Shown in pieces: positions 14,013 to 25,422 of a stretch of 64,000 nucleotides of DNA (positions are counted from its first letter, which is position 1; each line of letters begins with the position of its first letter). Position numbers and translations under genes: made by a program. Origin of the DNA: Sphagnum compactum (Eukaryota); contig OZ234494.1 of assembly GCA_965153455.1 (NCBI GenBank), forward strand, positions 7,006,001 to 7,070,000. Reading direction: 5' to 3'. The notes under the pieces were generated by a model. It was not told where the DNA came from, did not search any database, and worked only from the letters and a program-made list of their open reading frames with translations.

Positions 14013-14780
14013 ATGGGATCGACATCGTGGCTGCGCAAGGTCACCACTCCATTTAGGAGAATCTGGGATGCTATGATGTCCAGGCTGCTTCCGGGCCGCA
14101 GGCACAAGCGTGGTAAGCTCAAATTTCTTCCTTTCTCAAGGCCATAGTTATACTGCTGCTGCACCACCACAGACTCCTTGATTAGCTTTGTTGCGGTAGA
14201 AGTGAGCTTCAACAGAAGTCTAAGATGAGAGAGCAGAGGAGTCGGTCGGTTCGTTGAAAGAATTTGCTAAGAAGCTTATAACACAACCATCGCCAATTTG
14301 CATCTCATCTCTCTCGGCAGAAGAAACGACAACAATTTTGCAGCAGAGTGTTGTTATGCTGCATTTCGCTTTTCTGCCGTGGAGAAGAACCAACAGAGAG
14401 TTCGTCTTGTTGTTGTAGAGAGCTATAGATCATTCCATTTGAATTTGAAAGTTCATTCTCTTAACTTGAAAGAGAAAGAAAGCTTTGGAGATCTTACCCA
14501 GTGCACTGCTGCAATTGGGTATTGGAATTCGGAACCAAGAAGCATAGGGCCAAAGAAGTCTGGTTTCTGTTCAATGGGTAGTGTGATGACATGAGTGCAG
14601 CTGCTTGAAAAATGTGTGAATTTGGAATTTGCAGCAAATGGGATTTCAAAGCTCTACAAGGATGTGCGCTCCTGTGGCTACGAGGATGTGCATGTGATGT
14701 GGTCCATGCTACAGCACTCACACTTTCCTTCAGATCCACCAAAGAGACGACATCATCGCCTCACCAGAAGTCTTGGTTAA
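14013..14780 (+). CDS. Small conserved plant protein of unknown function (81 aa; 'L.KDV..CGYEDVHVMW.ML' family)
   Basis: Exon 14013-14112 (MGSTSWLRKVTTPFRRIWDAMMSRLLPGRRHKR, donor G|gtaagc) and exon 14635-14780 (acceptor ttgcag|; ANGISKLYKDVRSCGYEDVHVMWSMLQHSH...LG*). Phase-1 intron joins in frame. The N-terminal W..P.RR.W and the CGYEDVHVMW motifs are typical of a widespread land-plant family. Confidence 0.9.
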
Positions 14781-17700
14781 GAAAGAAATAGGGGCGCAAG
14801 CTGTGTACAAGAAGCTATAGCCCCTGGCAAGACTGCTGCTGCTGTAAATGGAGGATGAGACAACCAACACTCCACTGTGTACCATATTATGACCTTGTTG
14901 TAAATACAAACCTAGTGCATACAGAAGAAGAAGAAGAAGAAGGGAGAATTTGCGAACGATCTCTTCAGCCTCTGGGTGTTCTTTTAGCTCAGGTGGTGGC
15001 AGAGCCAGTCCTCAAGGGGATGAGTACAGGTTGCTGCAATTAAGTTATGCAGTAACAAATGAGGTCCCCTGCAGCCCGGCACCCTTCAGAGTCATTGTCA
15101 GAAGCCAGATAATGGTGAAGATGCTGTGTGCTGGGAGGGCAGAGATCTGCAGAATGTTTGAGATGTAGGGCAAAACAGGTACATCTTCAGGGTGTAGGAC
15201 AAGATCCAGTGTACAATGATGACACAATCAAAGGAATATGTTTGAATTCCCCCACATCACGTCAAGTGTCTGACTCTGGTTGTTGAAAATGCATGTTTCA
15301 AATTTGTTGCATCTGGAAAGAAACACCTGAGTGCTAACAGATTTGATCTGTTGACTACTTATGCATCAACCAAAGATGTGATGGTTTGTTTGTGCTGAAG
15401 AATTGAGTACTAAGATTTGTGCTTTGTGCAATCTGCAAGGGTGGCAATTGGTCACTACGTGGCTCTGAAATTATCCTTGAACTCAGACACAGAACATAGT
15501 GGCAATTGGTCACATGGGACCTGCAAGTGCAGCATCCTGAGTCAACATGGTGTGATGCAGGTATTTTATCACTCTGACTCAACACTAAGGACAAACTGTG
15601 CATGTTCAAGAGCATGCAATCAAAGTCATCTTGTCTGAGATTTGATCATTACTGTGTTACCTTGGCTGGTTCAGCAGCAAGAATGTATTTGTGTCAATTA
15701 TGTTTGGCAGTAAAAGTATAATATTTTTCAATCCGGATTATACTAAATAATGAAGCTATTGTGCTTGATAGTTTCATTCAGATTTTTGGCATGCCATGCA
15801 CTTATTTTTCAGAATTTTTGGCAATTGCAAAAAGTATTTAATTTGTGCCTAACCAGCCTAGGTACTAGGGTAGCTTGAAGATTGTAGCAACAGAATTTGC
15901 TGAAGATGAGACAGAAGGAGAATCACCAAGTTTGGTAGACCTTACCAGCTGCAAAGGCTCGTAACACATTAGCTCAATCTGCTGTATCTTAGTGGAATTT
16001 CATCAAAGGGTTTTGATGAGTTCATAACAGAAAGAGCATAGGATTGCTAATGCTTTGCAAGCCGAAAGCCGGTTGTCTTTTCTTATGCACAAAAGTATCT
16101 GCCCAAAACAGTTCCATGTGGGGGGGGGTGCAGAGGGACAAGAAGCCGACTTCAAGCCAAATTTGGACACCAAACCACCTCCCCTGAGTGGCAAAACCCA
16201 TTGCACTATATCCAATGGTTTAAACCTCAAACCATAAACCTTGCGGATGTGAAGCTTCTGCCAATCGACAAGTTAGTTCTCATTTGTCATTGCTTTAGGG
16301 TTTCACAGGAGCCCGCTTGCAAGCTATATAATCAACTGCTTTCCTTACTCTGGCGAACTTTGCTTGCAACACAGTTTGCTCTTTACCTGGGAGCTGATAC
16401 CCCTTATGTTAAGCCTTGGCTATAAATTTTTAACCCTCAAACCAAGCACAAAAAATTTAGTTGTCCATTGAGGTGAGCGTAACTTTTTTTTGCTGGGATA
16501 TGGGGATTTTTGGGGGAACTTGAAGATTTTAGAAATCAGGGGACTGAAGCTGGCTGTGTTCGTTTTGTTGCTCCTGCATGCTCTTGTTAATGTTATGTGC
16601 TACCTACAATGTTCTTGGGGTGTTTCCCATATGTTCCCATGTCTTCTGATTGTTCTCAATAGAACAACTGCTTCTCCCATATTCTTTTGGTCACATTCTA
16701 TGCTGTTCTTCAAGAGGTGCCCCACAGTTCCCATATGTTCCACTCATATTCCTTACGACTTTCACAGTACTACCAATCAGGCCAAATGGAAGTGATGACT
16801 GTTTTGACAAATTTATTTGCATGTTGATGTTCCCCATGTGTTTGCAATAGAGTTCCAGCCAAATGCTACTTTTGATTTTTCTCATAAGCATTCCCAGCAT
16901 GTTAAATCCAGTGGTTCAGGGTTTAAGTTCTTGCTGCCTCAACCTGAGTTGTCATCCTTCTGTTGGAATTGGCACAAAAATCAGATTATCAAACTAGCCT
17001 TTTGCTAGATCCATAACCAAAACCAAAACCATGAAAAAGGAAACTTCAACACATGTTTAGGTTCTTAGGTAGGAAAGTCGAATTTTGTTTTTCGAAAAGT
17101 ATACAATTAGGCTGAACTTCATAATTAAGTATTATTTTTAATTATATGTTGAACTATGTATCTATGCATTCCCCTATTTAAATTTGTTGTAAAACTTTAA
17201 ACCTATACTCTAGATTGGGGAGTTTGTATAGTGTATGTAAAACTGGACCATGTTTTTGAATTAGGCCTAAAGGTTTCTGAAAAAATGTGCCAGAACCGAA
17301 ACCAAAGGATCTAGAAATTGGAAGAACAGGCTTAACTCACACTTGAAGAATCTCCAAAAATGAAGAACCACACAACATTGGTCCACACTTTTGATATGTA
17401 TGCATTTGAAAAGTTGATTTGGATTTTCCAAGTGATGAAAGTTTTAAGATGTGAAGAAGGCATAGCATACGCTTTCATACTTTAAAATCTCAACAAGTTC
17501 AATTCTAGAATGCAAATTAAAGAATGATCTAATTTAATTTGAACCCAACTCAAAACCAAAACTCATCACAAATTCATCACCAAGTAAATATTTATTGGAA
17601 ACACTACTCCCCTAAGCTCTAAAGTTCCAAGTGGGGCCAACATTGAAAGTGGGAAAGTCCTACAAGTCTTAAGTCCTATGGGGATTCCCTTTCCAAGTCT

Positions 17701-19380
17701 TTTTTCAAATGAAAACAATTGATGTTTCAAAACTTGAAACACCCATAATTCCTTAGTAACACAATCAATCAATCAAGCTATGAAATCCCACTATCTTATT
17801 ACTCTTTTTAAGATGCATATATGCCACAAACATTGTTGAAACATTTAACACATTACATTGAAGGTTCCAAACCAATTCTTTCTCATGTCCAAAACAATTC
17901 CAAATTTTCATGTCTATTTTATAAAAAATCACAACAACTAAATATAAATACCCAATAAACAAAAGTATATCTATTTAGATTTTAAAGTAGTATAATGGAT
18001 AATTTCTAATTAGTGTACCCAAAAAAATATTTGTTGCAATGAATTGACTTTTGGTGCATGATTATTTGAGAACTTAGTTCTTTTTTGTTTTTTTGTTGCA
18101 ATGCTCACTTTTATGTGTCTATTTTACCATGCTTAGAACTTTGAGTTGGTTCTAACTAGCAACTTATCATAAATGTGACTAAGAAATCGAGATTTAACAA
18201 AATTAAAATTTACTATCATTTTGCAAATATGTTGAATTGGTAAGATAAGTATGTTACTCTCTGTTCCTTATACTATATCATTGTCATGTTTAAACAAGAT
18301 GCTCCTTCTGATCAACGGATGGCAGATATTTTCATTTTGTTCAGATGGAAAAATTTATTGGACACAATTCCTCCCATTTGAGGTGGAATCTCAAAATTCC
18401 ACTCTTTGTATTTTCAAGGTGCCCCTGTGTTCAGAGGAGGGTACTGTTTTGCTACCTAATTATAAATGAGATGGATGTTAATATATAGCCTTGTTTTTTA
18501 TTTATACAAAACGGTAGTTTTGACAATTGATAAATATCTATATTTATTTTACAAATGGAAAAAATAGCTAGATTTTCAAATTTTTAAAAAAATTAAAATA
18601 TTTTAAAGGTTTTCTTACAGGTCTAATATTTTATTTTATTTTAAAATAAAATTTACCTTTAAAGTTTTATTTGTACAAGTCCTGATGCAGGTGTCCTGTT
18701 GCCCACAGGGACAAGGTCAATGTCCCGTATGTCTTGTTGGTTTTACCTGCGGTAAACAATTCCGTAGGATATAGGTCTCATATGTAGGTAGTTAGGTAGG
18801 AAAATAGGTAACTACTAGGTAAGTAGATGGTTTATGTATAGGTAAAGGTTGGTTTTACTATCTACCTACTAACAACCTGCTTGTGGGTTGTTAGTAGGTA
18901 GATAGAAAAAAAAGCAACTGAGCTAACCACCATGGTTAGCTAGTGAACTGGAACCCAACAGAAAACTGTTTCCTGACCACTTACCATTCATCCTTTATGG
19001 TGCACTGGTGGGTGCTGGTTCACTGTGGCCGACCTCCGCCATGATGATCCAAGTGTTGTGCACGTGAGAAATTGCCAGTTCTGGGTGGGTACCTTGGAGG
19101 GTTAGAACTGTAGAACCACAGGTTCTGGTTCCGGTTAGTAATAACTGAACTGAACCCATGTTTGGAGTCGAGTTTGGAACTGGAGCCAAGGTTTTGGTTT
19201 TTCCAAAGAACCACCAAACCAGAACCGGGGATCTTGGTTTTTTTCAAGCACCAGATTGGAATTCGGGATTAATAAAAACCTTTTGTCTCTTTTAAAAAGG
19301 ACTAGAATTGGTGCTAACTGGCAGTTAACCCCGCTGGTTTTGGTCCAGGTTACCTAGAACTAGACTAGAACTGGACCAGA

Positions 19381-19605
19381 ACTGGGTCTGATTTTCAGAA
19401 GCAGAACTTGAACTGGGATTAAGAACTGGGTATGATTTTTAGAACCAGAACTTGAACTGAGATTAAGAACTGGGTCTGATTTTTAGAACCAGAACTTGAA
19501 TTGGGATTAAGAACTGGGTCTGATTTTGAGAACCAGAACTTGAACTGGGATTAAGAACTGGGTCTGATTTTTAGAACCAGAACTTAAACTGGGATTAAGA
19601 ACTGG
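19381..19605. repeat. Tandem repeat, 44-bp unit x5, inside a gaacc/ggttc-rich dispersed element (~19080-19690)
   Basis: actgggtctgattttcagaagcagaacttgaactgggattaaga starts at 19381, 19425, 19469, 19513 and 19557 with few substitutions and no spacers. Confidence 0.9.
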
Positions 19606-19715
19606 ACCTGGAACCCCAGACCCCTCTAATTTTGTCATTGAGAACTGGTTCACTTCATAAAAGTCAAGAACCGCCCAACACTGGAAATAGCATGAGATCC
19701 AGCTTGTTGTGCATA

Positions 19716-20033
19716 TCAATCAGAAGTAGTGTGCGCAAGAGGAGGAGCGAGGTAGTTGGAGCTTGCTCTACCGAGCTCGATTGAAGCGAGTCGAGCCGTC
19801 GTCGGCCAGTTTGCTTTGGATGAGAGAGACCATGCTAGCGGCCCATCCTTCAATGCTGGAGGAAATCTCAACCCCTCCTGAGACGGCAGCTGCCGCAGCC
19901 GTGACACCTGCCGCAACAGACGTGGAGACTGGAGACGCCCAACACAGTCACGACTCACGACTCCGTTAGCTTCGAAGACTGCCGCGACAGGCGCGGCTGT
20001 TCCTGCGGTTGCGACAGTCACAGCCACACTTAT
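19716..20033 (-). pseudogene. Orphan first-exon-like fragment encoding a plastid-transit-peptide-like sequence, start codon reading ATA
   Basis: GC-rich island reading (I)SVAVTVATAGTAAPVAAVFEANGVVSRDCVGRLQSPRLLRQVSRLRQLPSQEGLRFPPALK..., preceded on the minus strand by a CT-rich leader. No in-frame ATG and no downstream exons recognised. Confidence 0.4.
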
Positions 20034-20689
20034 GTTGTTCAGAATCGACAAATAAGAGAACGAAGAAAAGAGATGGAGAAATTGAGGCAGAGAGCTTGAA
20101 TGACAGAAGAAGCGAGCGGAGGCGAGTGCTTTAGCCTATACACAGCGGGAACAGGAGGTGGGGGAAATAGGGCTGGCAGAGGAGTTCAGCTTAATGTACG
20201 AATGTTTTTTTTTCTCTGGAAAAGTTTTTCCAAATTTCCACCCGAAAAATATGATTTCAACATACACAAAAGGATTTTTAATGGAAAAAAATCGAAATTA
20301 GCCGGATTTTGAAGAATTTTTCCAAACTTTCATATTTTTACGAGAAGTTTCAGTAGGTAGCCAAAAATATAGAAGGATTCTGCAATTTTTTCTAATATGT
20401 AACCAAATCTGGCTAAAGCATCTTATGGATGATCGCCACTTCAACTAAATCACAAAATTGAAAAAAAGAAAAGAAAAAAAGGACCCCTCAAGGCTACTCA
20501 AGTTGCAAGCGGGGGCCCATGAACCTTTTCTTGCAAGTTTCTTTTTTGTTTTTCGATGGTGAAGACGAATTGGGACACGGATTTAGACACGCAACAAATC
20601 GCAAGGCTAAATGAGCATCTCCTAGTAGCTGTAGGATTCAAAAAGCTAGGCGCAGTGCACGCCAAGGCAACGACTTGTTGTGAAACAAG

Positions 20690-21521
20690 TTGTGGCTCGT
20701 AGCACTTTGGGGATAGAGGGGCGTGCTGGAGCTCCGGGATGGGACTAGGAAAAATGACAAGCACTTAATCACTCACACGGATCTACACAAAACCAACCAA
20801 CAAGTTGGTTAATGCATAGTCGGAGCACTTTTGGTGCTAGGACGAGTCACGGGCAAACTCAGATTCACAAGACTCATCACGGCCTGAACTTGAAGGAAGC
20901 CACCACCTTCCCCCATATAGTATACTTTGTGCCTCTTCCCGAGGCCCACATCCAAATGACATTTTGTCCCGAGACTCCCAGATGGGAGTCCCAAAATTGT
21001 CAAAGTTGGGATTCTTGCGATTTTGGGGCCCCATAACTTTGCGTGGAGACCACGGATTGAGATGAGGTCTAAAGCAAAGTTATAGCCCTCGTCGAGATAT
21101 TTTCAATGGTATGTCGCACGCCACCTGTACACAAGGAATCGGGTCGATTCCTGACTTTTAATGGTCGGGAATCAAATTGCCAATTTGACTCTCGACCCTT
21201 CTTTTGGCCATAACTTGTGTTTCAGATGTCCAAATGGGTCATGCGAGCCCATTTTAGACATGTACGTCCAAGAGCTTCTCAATGATATAAAGAACTTTGC
21301 AATTCAATGAGTTTTGACCCTTATAATCGCCCTCTGAACATTCAAGAGTCCACCGGGACTCCAACTCCCAAAGTGGAAACTCCTTTGGGAGTGTGAGGGT
21401 TCATTCCTTCACACTCTCTTACACTCCCGGGAGCATGCGGTGTGACTCTCGAGCTTCCCTCTTGGCCCGCAACCTTGCCAGCCCTTACTTTGGTCACAAG
21501 CCCAAGGCTAGGGTTGCGACA
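20690..21521 (-). mobile_element. LTR-like dispersed repeat (~830 bp) beginning TGTCGCAACCCTAG on the minus strand; far end truncated
   Basis: Sharp boundary gggttgcgaca at 21521 against LINE sequence, non-coding, higher GC than flanks. Resembles a high-copy peat-moss repeat as I recall it (not verified). Confidence 0.6.
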
Positions 21522-23530
21522 TTGGGGGGTCGTCCCCTGCAAGTGCCATTCTCCCGGATCCCAGGGGAGGCTTTCGATGAAACCGGTTTCAAAGATCTAG
21601 AGAAGAGTGGGTTTAGGGAGGACAGAGATATCTCTGATCGCCTTGAAAGGGGCTCCGTGCTTCTCTTGGGCAAGGATTCTAATCAAGTGGTAGCCCTTAG
21701 GAGAGAGGGTCACCTCTTGAGAGTTCACTGCTCTAATGAGGGCGTTGGGGGAGACCCTGTCAAATTCTATGGCTTGAACCAAGTTAAAGGAGACTATCGT
21801 TACTCGTTATATCCACTTGAGAGGGGCGCGGATACTTGTAACCTTGCTGTTGATCCAGTCATCAGTTTGGAGACGGTTGGGGAATGTTGCTAGGTTCCAC
21901 GGGATGTTGGAGATGATGGTGTCTCTACTTGTTCGTTTGATGACGTGGGAGTTCATCCTGAGTGCCGGGAGGCTCTTCTAATCCCTGTCTTCCCGGTCCC
22001 ATAGGTCCTTTATTCTGGTGCAGCTAGCTTTGGCGATGGCTCGCCTCTCGCTGAGTCCGTTCACCCCTCGGGGGTGGCCGGTAGCATTGGTGACCAGGGG
22101 GTTGTTGAATATGGGTTGCCTGAGGACTTCCGCTTGCGAAGTGGGTTCGGTCTTCACGAGGCCGGCCCTCACGTTCATCCAAGATCCGAGGATGTTTTTT
22201 TAGAACGAGCAGGTTGTTTTTTGGAGTTTGGGGGCAGTGAAGAGCCAATTGATGTCATGATTCCTTGGGCCTTTACCATGGACCAGGAGTTGGACCTAGT
22301 TCGCGTGGTGTCTCAAGATTCCTTCCAGGGTTCGCCCCCGGAGGATAGTCCTCTCACTAGTAACTTGGCGAGGAGGGCTTCAGACTATGCTTTGGGATCT
22401 GTGATTCTTAACTTGCCGCACGAAGGGGGGAGCGTGAAGGAGTCCCACTTGACCTTTGCCCGGGTTTTGGACGCTTTGCCTACCCAAATGAAATTTCGAA
22501 CCACCCCCCTGATTTGGTTGCACATTCTGGGGTTGGGGTTCTAGCAGGCCACCATGTACCACATGGATGAAAGTAGGACCTAGTTGGCTATTAGGATTCT
22601 ACCTGCGAAGGAGAGGTTGCAACTGCCCCACACAATCATTTTGCCCTTGAGAGAGGTCACAACTACCCCACACAATCATTTTGCCCTTGAAAAAGGTCAC
22701 AACTGCCCCACACAATCATTTTGCCCTTGAAAAAGGTCATGAGCTTATCAAAGTTGGCCTCCGCAGGGAGCTAGAAGCCAACTTGAATTCCCAAGTAGCG
22801 AACTCCTTCGCCTCAGGGATCCACTTCAACCCTACCTCTTGCCCCCATTCCCAATCTTTCTTCTCTTTGTTGGCCCAAATGGCAACACACTTCCCCAGTT
22901 AATTTTTGCCCTAGATGTGAAGCAGAAAAGATCCTGTCCGAGCTTTATCCAAGTTGTTTTAGGTTACTTTGAAGTAGAGGGCGGTGTCATTTGCGAAGGT
23001 TTGGTCCTGGACGCAGCCTCCTTTGGGCAGGGTCAGCCCCTCCACCTTGTATTTCGTGTTGTCCAGCATGTGGCCCAGAACGTTCATCGCTAGGATGAAG
23101 AGGTATGGGGCCAACGGGCAACCCTGTCTTACCGACCTGGATAGCTTGAAGTCTCCTCCAAATTCTCCATTGACCTTGACCGAGGAGGAGGCTAGCCAAT
23201 ATATGGATGAGACTCACTTAATCCATTTGGGGCTGAAGCCTAGTTTGGATAGGGTTGGAAAGAGGAAGCCCCACTCTACTTTGTCAAAAGTTTTTTTGAA
23301 GTCGAGGAGGAGCAGAACTAGGTCCTGTCCACTCTCTACTGCCCATTCTAGTGATTCCTGAGCAAGAAAGTTGTTGTCCAGGATGCTCCTCCCCATCACA
23401 AAACTTGTTTGGTTGGGTTTAATCACGAAAGGGAAATGGACCTGGATCCTTCGCACTAGGATTTTGGCGAGTATTTTGTAGATACTTCCAAGGAGGGTGA
23501 TAGCTAGGAGGAGCATGGGGGCGGTGCCTC
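21522..23530 (-). mobile_element. LINE (L1/Tx1-type non-LTR retrotransposon) ORF2 remnant, 5'-truncated, with stops and frameshifts
   Basis: RT motifs ITLLGSIYKILAKIL..., PNQTSFVMGRSILDN, LLLDFKKTFDKVEWGFL, then across a stop RSVRQGCPLAPYLFILAMNVL and QTFANDTA (decayed YADD box). Confidence 0.93.
22621..22740. repeat. 40-bp unit x3 inside the LINE
   Basis: aactgccccacacaatcattttgcccttgagagaggtcac at 22621, 22661 and 22701. Confidence 0.9.
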
Positions 23531-25422
23531 CCACTCTTAGGGAGTAGGCATAAGAGCGCTCCCCCTCCTATGCCTTGTGATCTACATATGTATAGGTTCA
23601 TAATAAAGTTCACCTTGTGCATTACAGTGGGTAAAGCCCAGGAATGAGGGACATTCCCAAAATGCACTGCCGGACTTGGCTACTGCCTTGTTGAAGACCC
23701 CTTATTTTGGGAGTGCCCCCCACCTGGAACCTCACCCTACGCATTAAAACTTCAACCCACAAGGCTGACAGATGTGCGACCATAGACTGATGTTAGTTGC
23801 TCTTTGTTTCACAGAATCAGGCTGTGAGATTATACTCAAACTGTGTCATTCTGCAAACTCCTAACTTTTGGATTTACAGTAAAATGCTCTTTATGCATCT
23901 AGATGCACTGAGAGGAGGAGGCTACCAATTTGAGCAGATCATGAGTTTTTCATTCGTTATAAAGCACTACTGTTATTTTCAAAGTATACTCAGAGAGCCC
24001 CTTATAACGATGAAAGTTCCTGCTCTCAGGAGAGGAACTTTTCAGATTCAGAATGTTTAGTAGCTGTGCTTTACACATGGTAAAGCCCTTGGGGGAGGCC
24101 ATTCTCAGAATAAGGGGCTGCCTCGGCTCCGCCTCACACATGCCCTTATTCTGAGAATGCCCTCCAGCTAGGGCTTTTACCTAACACGTTTCTAATGTGT
24201 TGTGTGAAGAAATTTTTGACAACAATGGTAAGCCAATCCCTATTCAAGGCATTGTCATTGTGTGGTTGCTGTGCCTAGACCCTACACTGCATAGAGTCCT
24301 GGAATGCCTTCATGCATAAATGGGAGATAGATAAGATAGAATTGAAGCCATAACATGAAGTTTGAATAATGGAGATTTCCAGATTTCCAGATGGAAGAAA
24401 AATTACTCCTGGAATTTGACATTGAGATGTCCACCGTACCTAGAGTGAGTAATGTACCTATGAAACTGCAAAGATATCTCCACAACAACAATTTGAAGGT
24501 ATTGTGACACTGAGTGCAGTCATAACCTAAGAGTCACTCACAAAGTATCAGACCATCACCTTCATCACAAATAGCAGTGACAATTACACAAGTATCCACT
24601 GACTTCATCAGCTCCTTACAGTGGGTGTTAAATTATGTAATAACCTGTCCAAACTCTTGGGCAAACCTTACAACAAATCTGCATCCTGAGCTTCTGTCTG
24701 TTGGCTAGCATCAAGGGACATAACCTTATCAAAAGAGTCAACAGTAGCTGCTGCATTAAAGCTACAACAAGCTTCTGAGGGTAAGCTTCATTTCATTTTA
24801 ACTTCTTCTGTACAAGCAAGCATCTAAGCCTAAGGCATAGGGCGAATAATCTATGAAAGCATACTGAGGAGAAGTCACCAATAATTTAAAAGCAGTTAGT
24901 CCAAAAGCTGCAAGGACATTTTGCTTGTGTATTGAGAAACTTTTAAGTCTGTCTGTTGTTTTCTTCCAGGGCATCACCCATGATGTCTCTTTTGGTGTAC
25001 AGACATAGCTTCTGGAAAATGATGTTGTACAGGCAGTGTGCTGCTATGTAGCAGAGCAGAAGCTTGCTACCAAGAGGGTCAAGATTGCCATGGAAACATG
25101 GTATGGCCACAGCATGCTTTTCTGATGCTGTTTTCCCTTAGGTTGGTTTGACTGCAGCCATCTCTCTGGGGGGTAAGCCACACATGTCATGTGGATTCAA
25201 TGTACAGTTTCTGTGAAATGTGACTTGTGGGTTGTTGCTTACATCTGTTGAAGGTGTAAGCAACTACCCACATGTGCGTCTTACCACTCATTTGTTTATT
25301 ATGTCTGTCCTGCAGGACTATTAGAGCTGCTCAGCACAAGTATGAGAAGGAGTGGCAACATTTTCACTGTTGGCAGAGGTCACATATCACCAAAAGAAAA
25401 TTCACTACAAGTTGCTCTTGTG

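Noticed and set aside
19381-19605. Regular 44-bp repeats as a possible CRISPR array
   Set aside because: Head-to-tail with no unique spacers, no cas genes, eukaryotic context.
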